A stretch of DNA of 64,000 nucleotides, taken from Squalus acanthias. Taxonomy: Eukaryota. This document shows positions 25,512 through 36,670 of this stretch, one piece after another. A model generated the notes under the pieces. It was not told where the DNA came from. It did not search any database and worked only from the letters and a program-made list of their open reading frames with translations. A program made the position numbers and the translations under genes. Positions within the stretch are counted from its first letter, which is position 1; each line of letters opens with the position of its first letter. The stretch spans positions 45,572,001 to 45,636,000 of the forward strand of contig CM059432.1 in NCBI GenBank assembly GCA_030390025.1. The letters run 5' to 3'.

Positions 25512-27603
25512 GTGTCAAATCTTGCCAATGTCCTCCCGGTCCAACTCACCCCTCCCAGCGCTGACCCTGTGGACACTGGCAATGGGGCAGCCATCACCGA
25601 CCCTCCCCGCGTCTCCCTCCAGAATGTCCGTTCACTTGCGAACAAGGTCCTTGCCATCCATGAGCTTATCGTGGATGATTGCATCGAAATGGCCCTGACG
25701 GAAACTTGGTTGAGGGGTGATGACATCTTACCCTTAAATGAAGCCTCCCCGCCTGGCTATACTTTCCACCACTTGCCCTGTTCAGACCGCCGTGGTGGCG
25801 GTGTGGCTCTCATCACCAAATCACACCTTGGTCCGGCCCCCTACTCCTCTGGCACTTTCTCCTCCTTTGAGCATCTCCTCTTATTCCACCCCTCTCACCT
25901 CTCATTTAAAATTCTCGTTCTCTACTGCCCACCCAAGTACCATAAAATGTTTATTACCGAGATATCTTCACTATTCTCCTCCCTCAGCCTCTACACCGAA
26001 CGACTTCTCATCCTCGGTGATTTCAACCTCCATCTCAATTCATCATGCTCTCTCCTCTGAGTTCACTAGCCTCCTATCCTCCCTTAATCTCTCCCTCCAT
26101 GTAAACTCCCCAACCCATATTCACGGCCACCCCCTCGACCTTGCCATCTCTCGTGGCCGCGCTACTCCCATCTTGTCAATCGCAGATAAGGCCATTTCTG
26201 ACCACTTCCTCGTATCGCTCTCCACCCACATCCCTCTTCCACCACCCCCCTCCCCCAAACTCTACTTCCTTCTGTGTCCGCCCCTGGAGAAAAACTTTCT
26301 CCCAACTCTCTTACAACTGCACTTATGAAATCCCAACTGTCTAGCCTTTGGCCCTCCATTCACCATGACATTTCTGCAGCTACTGATCTGCTCAACCACA
26401 CCTTCACCACCACCTTTGATGCACTAGTCCCTATTAAAAGAATTATTATCTCTCACACTGGCCACTCCCCCTGGTACATCCCTCATCTCCACTTGCTTAA
26501 GTCCAAGGGACACAGACTTGAACGGATATGGCGGACAACTGGTTTAGCCATTCACCGCCAGATCTGGCTGGACCACATAAAGCATTATCGGGTCCTGCTC
26601 TCGTCTGCCAAAATTGCTCACTATTCCAGAATCATTCTGGAATGCAAAGATAAACCCCAGCTCCTATTCTCTACTGCTAACTGTCTTCTTAAACCCCTCT
26701 CCCCGTCTCCTCCACTCTCACCTCTGACAACAAGTGTGAGGAGCTCATGGACTTCTTTGTCTCTAAGATTGAGACCATCCGTTCCGCTGCCTCTGCCACT
26801 TCCCTTCCTTTTCCTAGCCCACCGGGTGAAACTTCCTCTAAGATTTCCCCCTGTCCTAGCCCTGAACTCATATCTTTCTCCAGTTTCTCTCCGATCTCCC
26901 CTCATGACCTCTCTGCGCTCATCTTGTCCATGAGATCCATTTCCTGTTCTCTCGACCCTATTCCCACCAAACTGCTGACCACCCAACTTCCTTTTCTGGC
27001 TCCCATGTTAGCTGACATTGTTAACGGTTCTCTCTCTTCAGGTACTGTCCCCGTCCTTCAAATCTGTCATCATCACCCCTCTCCTCAAAAAACCAACCCT
27101 TGACCTCTCTGTCCTTGCAAACAACCGCCCCATCTCCAACCTCCCTTTCCTCTCCAAAGTCCTTGAATGTGTTGTCACCTCCCAAATCCGTGCCCATCTT
27201 TCCCGCAATTCCACGTTTGAATCCTCCAATCAAGTTCCCGCCCTTGCCACAGTACCAAAACAGCTCTCATCAAAGTCACAAATGACATTCTTTGTGACTG
27301 TGACAAAGGTAAACTATCCCTCCTCGTCCTTCTTGACTTGTCTGCAGCCTTTGACATGGTTGACCACTCCAACCTTCTCCAATGCCTCTTCCCTGTCATC
27401 CAGCTGGGTGGGACTGCACTTGCCTGGTTCCATTCTTATCAATTTAATCATAGCCAGAGAATCACCTGCAATGGCTTCTCTTCCCGCTCCCGCATCATTA
27501 CCTCTGGTGTCCCCCAAGGATCTATCCTTGGCCCCCTCCTATTTCTCATCTACATGTTGCCTCTTGGCGACATCATCCAAAAACACAGCATCAGTTTCCA
27601 CAT
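25512..27603 (+). mobile_element. L2 LINE ORF2 5' part (APE endonuclease and RT up to FH|MYADD), frameshifted; 5' region probably extends to ~24800
   Basis: LQNVRSLANK, LTETWL, ILGDFNLH, LDLAISRG, ISDHF, RPISNLPFLSKVLE, LDLSAAFDMVDH, GVPQGSILGPLLFLIYMLPLG. Confidence 0.93.
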
Positions 27604-29612
27604 TGTAAAGTTTCTCAATTATCGCGATTCAAAATAACAAGATAGAAACAGATTCGTTTGATCAGTTTATTTAAACGAAATGCTGTCATGATTAAAAAGG
27701 ACACAGAAGCCTGTAAAATGGCCACCGCGCATCATGGCAGAAGCTTCCAGAATTACAGTGGGCAGACAAGATGGCGTTCGAATAAACATTTCAATATAAG
27801 ACGGGATCATACTCGATAAGCACTGATAAAGACAGGATGCAACCTGTTTGCATTTGTGACAATAGCAAAAGATATGAGTGCTGGAATCGTTTTCCATGCA
27901 CAAGTAAGGACCATTGTACTGGGCAATCGAAGGCCCATCCAGACACATCAATACACAAATACCCCCACGGCTCTACAATGAGAGAGCCATTCTCGGGTGA
28001 TTAAACAAGTATTCGGGGGCCCCCGAAACCATCAGGGAGACGATTCATACTATCCTGGCTGGGTCAACAATGGGGAAAACATTAACGGGTAGTTGGCCAG
28101 TTTCAGGTGCTACCGAAACCCGTTAAAGACAAGAATCGCCCCATGCTGGGAGTTTTGTGTGCCAATATTTCACAAAGGACAAACATTAAGATTTGGGCGG
28201 GAGATAAGGGAACACAGCACTATAACTATAGTGAACAAATGTCCATCGGTCTCTTATTCGCTCGAATCGTCTCCTATTCTCTTAGCTTGCTGCTGACTGC
28301 TGAAGCTCTTCTCTAGGGCTGGACTCTGTTGACTCTGGACTTTTAGCCGCACTGGACGGTTATTCGAATGTTGGGTGGAGCTCAATCGGAACGAGCCGCC
28401 TCGACAAAGGCAAGTGACCGGGTGCACCATCCCGAGAGTCGGTAAGAACATAAGAACATAAGAACATAAGAAATAGGAGCAGGAATAGGCCAATCGGCCC
28501 CTCGAGCTTTGCTCCGCCATTCAATAAGATCATGGCTGATCTGATCCTAACCGCCAATCTACTATCTACTATCACAGAACCATCTCCTGCATCTAACAGA
28601 ATTGCACACACGAAATAGGAGCAGAATCAGCCTACACGGTCCCTGGGCCCACTCCACTACCCACACGGCCATGACCGATCCGAACCTAGACTCATGTCCA
28701 AATTCCTGCCCGCTCCCCGTAACCCTTAATGCCCTTTACTTCTAGGAAACTGTCTATTTCTGTTTTAAATTTATTTAATGATGTAAACGGTGTCTGGACC
28801 CGAAGGCTCAACAAGACAAGACGAAATGACAAGAAAAGAAGAAGAATCCATGTGCCGCCGTGGTCAGTAAACCCCGACCGCGCCCGAAAATATAAGACCC
28901 ACTTCTTGAACTCTACAGGTTATTGCACTAACTCTTTGAATTCTACCGACAACTGGTGTCGGTACAGGAAGACTTTTCTTTGAGTTCTACAGCCGGGCCC
29001 GAGTTCTGTCGAGTTCTTCATGACAACGGGGAGCCCGGCCTGCTTGCCGCAGCAGCGAAGATAAACAAGTGGGGTACAGAGACCCATCCAAACACGTGAC
29101 AGTCAGGCGCTGCAGCGAAACGAGCCGAGTGCCTCACTTTAAAATTCTCCGAAGTATCACGAGTGGTGAGCATGTTCCCCGATCCTACAAATCTAGATGT
29201 AGTGTAGGTATTGATAGGGGAGGGTGGTTTTATTAAGGATAAAGTATAATGTGTTCCCCTTTTTACGATGTGCCGTGCGTTCTTCATTACCATAGACCAA
29301 GCTTTATGAATGTATGTATACTTGTACTCTCGTTAATTTGCACCTATGACATGTACTTCATGATTTTGGATGCTATGCAATAAAGATTTCCATTTCGTAC
29401 TATTCAACCGGGTCTATCTGAGTTTTCTCTGCATTACTGCTCTCGCACCTAAGTCCAGTGTTAGAACCGTAAGGGCGAGTGGGTCGAACCACTCACAGGT
29501 GCTTATTGCAACAAGGCTGGCCGGAGACCAGAGCAAGCAATAGTATTAGGCAACGAAGGCCTAACCTCGCACCAGCACCGTCTGCGATACAAGCACGCCG
29601 AAACCCCTTACA
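27604..29612 (+). repeat. 5' LTR (with a 341-bp CR1 tail insertion)
   Basis: TGTAAAG...CCCCTTACA; AATAAA at 29379-29384; direct repeat of 40349-42031. Confidence 0.97.
28446..28786 (-). mobile_element. CR1 3' UTR/tail fragment inserted in the 5' LTR
   Basis: (AAGAACAT)n tail; absent from the 3' LTR; GTAA duplicated at the junctions. Confidence 0.9.
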
Positions 29613-29616
29613 GAAA

Positions 29617-31441
29617 ATGGCGACCGCGGCAGGACACTGGCAGCGAGAGAGTAATGTTTTAGACCCTGGTGTGAATAGGCGAAATGTGATGGATGAGAGG
29701 GTAGCCGACTATGTGTTTGGGAAGGTTAACTTAACCAAAAGGTGGATAAGTGACCTACTGATGGATAAGCGTCCGCTAGACGCAGCCATCAAATGGACAG
29801 GCAGTAAAGAGCATAAGAAGTCGGTGGAGAAAGCGGTCTGGCTGATGTGCTACAAGAAGCAAGTCCAACTTTCGGACCAGGTCATTGTAGCACAGGCAGC
29901 TCAGATCAGGGATTTGGAAGTTGAGATGGAGGAAAAGATCACGGGAGGACAGAAACTCATTGCATCCTTGAATGCGTTACATCAGGAACGCCAGATAGTA
30001 GCCAACCACCATGAGGCTAAAATTGATTACCTAGAGTGTCAGGTCACGGAAGCGAAATTAAACGAGGGTAGGATTAGGGAACGGTGTGCCCGCCTAGCTA
30101 ACCAGATAAAAGCCCAGGAAGAAAGCTTGAAGGGAGTTAGGGCGGCATATAAGATGGCCCTCGAGGATAGGCATGAGGGAGCCGACCACAGTGTTTGCCA
30201 GAAGGAGATAGGGAACCTAAGAGAGGCCCTGAATAAGGCAAACGGCTTGCTGTTCCTCATCAGCCCGTCAGAAAACCAGCCACAGGTGGGTAGGGAATTC
30301 CCAAAATCCCTACCAGACAAAGCAGAGGAGGTATTTGCCACTGTGCCCTCCGCGCCACCCAGCTATTCGGCAACCTGGGTAAGGGAGGAAGTGGTGGAAA
30401 TAGAAAAGGAGGTTCCCGAGGTAGGACAATCCCCAGAGGTAGAGTCGAAACCGGGACCGATGTGTCCGCTCCGAGGTCACAAGAGAGGCCCGAATGCAGC
30501 CAATGGGGATGACGGGGATGTCCTGAACCAGCTTATATTGCCTCACAGCTCACACCAGCTGAGAGCAATGATTAGCCATGTACGGAAGCTGTCCGAGTCA
30601 GACGACCCTTCCGTACACTTTAGGGAGGTAGAACAGACCGCAGCAATTAATGGCTGCGACGATGTGGAAAAGACCAAAATGTTGCTGTTCTCGTTAGATA
30701 GCTCGATCCTTCAGTGTCTCTCAGACGAGAGCAAGAAGGGAAATAAAACCTATGAGGAGTTACGGGACGAGGTCCTAGAAGTGTTAGGGGCGGATGACGA
30801 AGGTCCGTTCGTCAGATTGAGTCAAATCATACAGATGGAGGGAGAACTCCCGAAGGTTTTCGCCGACAGGCTGTGGCCAGTATACCAGCGTAGCTGCCCA
30901 GGTGCGCCAGCGTGCACCTATCTGAACGGTGCCAGGTTTAACTCATTGGCTCAGGTGTTCAGTAGCCAACAGTTTGCCAGCCGTCAGGGAGCAGGCCAAA
31001 GCGTGGTTTGATCCCACTAACCCCGCCACAACAGAGGAGTCTGTCCTAAATCGACTCACCATAGGGTATCGTAACACTAGGAGCACGGGAGCGCGTCCCC
31101 TTAAGGGAAAGGTGCATGAGGCACGGCCCGCAGCCCCGGCTCAAAAGGAGTGGCATCAGGAGGGAAACCGCGCCCCACAAGCCAGTGGTGCTTGTTACGG
31201 GTGCGGGAAGACAGGTCACTGGCGTAAGAACTGTAGGAACCCCTGGAAGGACCCCAGGGATAAAAATCCCGCAGCCCGAACCCAAGCGCCTGTCTCTGAG
31301 AGAGGAGCTGGTGTGCCTATCCATCCCGATGCGATAGAATCAATGTTGGGAGCTATGCGGTCCCTTATGATTTCGCAAGGAAGGGTGGCAGTCGCTACCG
31401 GCCTCACAGATGCCACAAAATCGTCCACCAGTACCCAATGA
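29617..31441 (+). pseudogene. gag: Gag: N-terminal coiled coil, PSAPPSY late domain, capsid-like region, CCHC knuckle; one frameshift at ~30928
   Basis: ORFs 29479-31011 and 30929-31441; CYGCGKTGHWRKNC; candidate starts at ATG 29617 or 29689. Confidence 0.9.
29618..29635 (+). promoter_or_regulatory. Primer binding site, tRNA-Arg(UCG)
   Basis: TGGCGACCGCGGCAGGAC is complementary to the vertebrate tRNA-Arg(UCG) 3' end ...GTCCTGCCGCGGTCG-CCA (tRNA sequence recalled from memory). Confidence 0.85.
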
Positions 31442-34400
31442 CTAGAGCCCGCGTAGCCCGTTTACCTGTGTCCGCTCAGCTATGATGCGTGGAAAAGACC
31501 CCTGGTTGAGATGGAGGTAGAGAAGCAGAAGGGTAGTTATTTGTTGGACACGGGAGCTTCATGCACCGTGATTCATACGGATAGCCCCTTTGACTCACTG
31601 CTGTCTACCAAGGTCCCATACACATTAGCGGGGTTCACGGGAAAAGAGCAGGCTGGCGCGTTCTCCATTCCGCTCTCCATTCATTTAGGAGCACTCCACA
31701 CCACATGGAAGTGCATACTGATGAAATGGCAAGAGTGGGGTGGCAGAGGTATCCTCGGATCGGATCTCCTATCGGAACACGTGATCCTCGTGGACCTTAG
31801 GAATCACTGTCTCTGGGGAGCCAAGGGTGGGAAAGGCAAGGTAGTTGTAATCCCAGGGAAGGAAGGTAAAGGGGCCCTGTGTACCATGAAGCCATCCGGA
31901 GGTTACGACCTCGGGCTTATGGTCGCGGATGTCCCAACGGACATGCAAGCGTACGTGTCAGATAATATGCACGCGTTTGCAACCCACAAGCACGATTGTG
32001 GGAGGGTTACCGGGTTTGAGGTCAGCATAGACGGGGACCCCATGACCCGGCCCCAAAAGCAGTATAACTTCCCCAAAGAAGCAGAACCCGACATGGAGAC
32101 AGCAATGTCCTCATTGGTGCAGCAGGGCGTGTTGAGGCCGATAGCCACACACGTGAACTCCCCATTATGGCCGGTGAGGAAGCCGGATAATTCGTGGAGG
32201 GCCACGGTGGACTACAGAGTCCTTAACAGTAACATCCCCGCCTGCGCGCCCACAGTAGCAGCAGTTGCTGACCAATAGGGAGTATCCCAGCGTCCGCGAC
32301 CACGTTCACGGTGCTGGATATCTCGAACGGTTTTTGGTCCATCCCGCTGCGGCGAGAGGACCAGTACAAGTTTGCCTTTACTTTTAAAGGACAACAGTAC
32401 ACATGGAACTGTTTGCCACAGGGTTTCCACAACAGCCCCAGTATTTTCCATCAGTGTATGGCAGGAAGTTTAAAGGAGTTTAGTCAGCCCAATCAGATAG
32501 TGCAATACGTGGATGATTTGCTCCTGTTCACGGACTCAAGGGAAGAGCATGGACCACTGCTAGCCGAGTTATTGGAGCTGCTAGCGAGAAAGGGTTTTAA
32601 AGTGAACCCTAAGAAAGCACGTATCGGTCAGCAGGAAGTAAAATTCCTGGGTCTGACCATTCGCGCTGGGGAAAGAGCCATAGATAAGGCTAGGAGGGAG
32701 TCGGTGCAGGAGTTACCGATTCCCAACACCATAACGGGTGTGAGGTCCTTTCTGGGACTGACCGGTTACTGTAGAGACTTCATCGAGGACTATGCGGCCA
32801 CAGCAGCTCCGCTGCTCCGACTCCTCCATAAGGGAGTGGAGTGGTCTTGGGACGAGGGTTGCCAGGCAGCATTCGAGAAGTTAAAAAGGGATTTGCAGAC
32901 CGCGCCAGCTTTAGGGGCCATAGATGGGGGGAAGGAGTTTTTCCTGGAGGTAGCTGCCAGCGGAGACAGCTTGAGCGCCGTGCTGCTCCAAGAGCGTCAC
33001 GGCAAGCTGAGGCCGGTTGTCTATTCGACCAGGGTGTTAACGGATGTGGAGAGGAGTTTTTCCAACTGCGAAAGGCATCTTTTAGCCACGCATTGGGCTG
33101 TGAAAAGATCAGCGATCTTCACAGGGCTCTCTCCCATCACTCTCCTCACCCATCACACACCAACTAAGATGCTTCTAGATGGGAGGATTAAGGATGGGAC
33201 CGTAAGCAGCGCTCTCATTGCGCGCTGGACCCTTCTCCTTTCCCAGATGGATCTTAGAGTTAAAGGTCTTTGCGAGCCCAGGCTTGCGGCCAACTTGGTA
33301 TACCCCGGAACAGCCCACCGGTGTTCGGTAGAAGGGGTGTGGGAGGTCAACATAGGTTTGCGGGCCGGGATACATCCCACAGGTCGCGAGATTTATGTTG
33401 ATGGTTCCAGCACAGTGTCCGCTGGCGAACGACTCACAGGGTGTGGAGTTTATGACCCTGCGGCAAACCTTGCCCTGGCGATTAAACTCCCCAGCACCAT
33501 GAGCGCGCAGCAGGCTGAGCTGTCTGCGGTGGTGTACGTAGTGACCCACCCAGAGATCTTCCCAACCACATACACGATTTGTTCGGACAGTATGTTTACG
33601 TGCAATTCGTGTACGGAATACCTGGCCATTTGGTCCCGCCGTGGATACACCTCCGCGGACGGGCGACCTTTAACGGTGAAGCCCTTGCTGGAAAAGATCC
33701 TAGCAGCAGTAGGGGAGGAAGGGGAGATTTTCATCCATAAGGTGAAAGCTCCCTCCTCCACAGAGCCCCGCGGGGAGGGCAACCAGCAGGCGGATGCGCT
33801 AGCCAGGGAGGGTGCCCGTAACGGCATTTTCTGGGACCCCTATGGACCCGGACCCGTGGCAGCAATCCAAGGCAGGGAAGGGAATCCCGGGAACACCAGG
33901 GTAGCACTGCCCCTAGACCTTAAGGCCGTCCAGAACCAGGATCCCGCGCTAAAAGCAGTTCTCAGAACGATTACTGAGGGCAAGCAGGTAGAGGGCCTGT
34001 ACAGTACGGCAACCCTCTCCGTTAAAGAAGGCATGCTGTTCCGCGAGGAACAGTGGGTTGTGCCGCAGCAGCACAGGAGGGAATTCCTACAGTTGGCTCA
34101 TGAGGGGCCGGGGGCAGGACACCCCGGGCCGGAGGTTACCTGGCAACGGGTAGAGCAGGCGGGATGGTGGCCGGGACTCAGGGAGCAGGTCCGCGAGTTC
34201 TGTGCAAACTGTCTCGTGTGCGCTGCAAACAACCCAGACCCCCAGAAAAGGAAAGTGCACATGGGGCACATCAGGAGGGTGGAGGGACCGTGGCAGTCGA
34301 TACAGATCGATTACATAGGGCCCCTGCCCACCACCCAGGGAGGCTACAAATACTGCCTCGTCTTGGTGGATGTGTTTTCCAAATGTGTAGAAGCCTTCCC

Positions 34401-34621
34401 CTGTAGAACAGCTACGGCGCTGGGTACTGCTAAGATCTTGGTCCAGGAAGTGTTCTCGCGGTGGGGACTCCCCCGTTTCGTGGAGTCAGACCAAGGGAGT
34501 CATTTCACCGGCCAGGTGATGCAGAACACCCTCATGCTTTTGGGCATTGAAGGGAAGTGGCACGTAGCGCACAATCCCCAGTCATCCAGGATTGTTGAAC
34601 GCATGAACCGGACCCTCAAGC
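31442..34621 (+). pseudogene. pol: Pol: protease, RT, degenerate RNase H (tether), RNase H, integrase core; stop at 31454, frameshift at ~32272
   Basis: LLDTGAS; PQKQY, LDISNGFWS, LPQGFHNSP, YVDD; YVDGSS/AQQAEL/CSDS/GNQQAD; H..H..CANCLVC, IQIDYIGP, ESDQGSHF, VERMNRTLK. Confidence 0.96.
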
Positions 34622-36265
34622 TGTAAGGGATTCTGACCCTGCGTGTCTCGCAGCCTGTGAGATTCACGCGGCTCTGTGCAGCCTGTATGTCAGTGCGGGT
34701 TTAAGCCTTGTTGCCTGTTCTGGTCTCCAGCCAGTCTGGGAGCACTAGACACACCTGTGAGTGGTTCGAATCACTCGCCCTTACGGTTCTAGACACTGGA
34801 CTTAGATGCGAGAGCAGTAATGGAGATGAAACTCATGTAGACTCGGTTGAATGGTACGAAATGGAAAATCTTTATTGCATGATATTTAAGATTATGAAAT
34901 ACATGTCATAAGCACAGATTAATGACAGTACAATCTTACAAGCAGTTATATAGCTGATCCTAGGGAAACGAGGAACGAACGACACACCGTAAATAGGGGC
35001 ACACATTACAAGTATCCTTAATACTTAAACCCTCCCCTATCAATATCTGTCCTAACTAGATTCGTAGGATTTCGAGACTCATGCTCACCACTCGTGATAA
35101 CTCGGAGAAATTCCAAATAGCTGATCGGATGTTTTTCACCGCAGCACCCACGTGTCGGTCAGGAGATCTCCTGGTCCCACTTGTTTACTTGCTTCTGCTC
35201 CGGCTAGCAGGCTGGACCGTCTGCTGTGATGAAGATCTGTGTTGGTTGGTTTAACAGGTACTTTTCCGAGCAGGTTTCACAGCTCAGTCAATATCATCGA
35301 TGATGAACCGTTCTTGCAAGTTCAAAGAAGTCTTCCTGGCAAGGAAAACTTGGCTATTCGACCTACAGGCGCGGTCGGGATTTACTGACCGTGGCGATGA
35401 GTATGGTCTTCCTCTCTTCTCATCTCATCTCATCTCATCTCATCTCGGGCCTTTGGTTCCGCTGCCAGTTACCAACATAGGTCTTCGTTACGCGACACGA
35501 GGTAGATCCGAACGGATCAGAAAGTTCAACAGTCTTTTTCAAAAAGGCACCAGGAAAACAGGAACCAGACTACGAGTCAAAACGCAGGAGCAGCCATGAG
35601 GTTACGAGTCGATCGGATAAGAGAAATAAGAGAGAGATGGACGGTTGGAGCTTGTAATTATAGTACAAAATCTTCCGTTTCCCGCCCAACCTTAATGTCC
35701 TTTCTTTTGTTTGGGTCTGGCGCTCAAATGTCTTGTATGGGTGATCTCCGTTCTTAATGGGTTTCGGGGCTACTCGTAAATGTCTGAGTACCTGTTAATA
35801 TTTCTCCCATTGTTAAATCGGTCGGTGTTCTCCCTGGAGGGGTTTTGGGGCTTCCAAGTGTTTTGTATAACTACCTGCTAATGGCTCTCTCATCGTAGAG
35901 TCGTTGGGATTTTACATATTAATGTCTTTTGGATGGGCCCCTGATTACTCGGTACAATAGCTTTCATTCGTACCTGGGAGACCGATTTCAGTATTTATGT
36001 GTATACTGTAAACCCATAATGTCTCGTGTATTATCTTCACTGTGCTGAATCTTAATCGATCTTGCACAAATGTTTATTGGAACGCCATCTTGTCTGCCTG
36101 TCGAAAAGTCTGGAATGTTCTGTCACGAGGTGCGGCGGCCATTTTACAGGCTGCTTGTGTCTACTTTGAGAAACCTGGCAGCATTCTGCTGAAATAAAAG
36201 CTGTTTGAACGAAACTCTGTGTTTTCTCCTTATTAATAAAATCGCGATATATTGCGAATTCTACA
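34622..36265 (-). mobile_element. Solo LTR (1644 bp, antisense) inserted in the integrase; 1450-3098-type subfamily
   Basis: Reverse complement reads TGTAGAATTCGC...CCCTTACA; AAGC/AAGG 4-bp flanks; removing it restores RTLK-EKLRKE. Confidence 0.95.
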
Positions 36266-36670
36266 AAGGAGAAGCTGAGGAAAGAGACTATGAACTCGCC
36301 CCAAAAATGGGCGGAGGTTCTGCCTCTAGTCCTCATGGGAATCCGGGCCAGCCAGTCGAAGAGTACGGGGTATTCCCCGTACGAGGTGATGACTGGGAGG
36401 ATCATGCGAACCCCCACCCATGTACTAGCCCCGGTGCTCACTGAGGATCAGCTCCAAGAGGTGAAACGGGACAAGTTTGTCCAGACCCTCTTGGAGCGCC
36501 TGAAGCAGGTTTACGAGCAGGCGGCTGGGAACATGGGAAGACAGCATCAGGGCAATCGCCTGTTGCTGGAACCCTGTAAGAAGCAGGAGTGGGAAGTCGG
36601 AGATCAGGTCATGGTTAGGAACTATGCCAGAGTAGGGAGTTTGGAACCACTGTATATGGGACCCTACAGT
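36266..36670 (+). pseudogene. pol: Integrase C-terminal part up to the GPY motif
   Basis: KWAEVLPLVLMGIRAS..STGYSPYEVMTGR..WEVGDQVMVR..LEPLYMGPYS. Confidence 0.9.

Noticed and set aside
27667..27951. 94-aa Cys-rich antisense ORF in both proviral LTRs (also 40412-40696) as an accessory gene
   Set aside because: It is shared only because the two LTRs are near-identical; the frame is broken by stops and indels in the three solo LTRs.
28082..28126. Hammerhead ribozyme in the LTR (CCGAAAC motif)
   Set aside because: No CUGANGA box in the required position on either strand.
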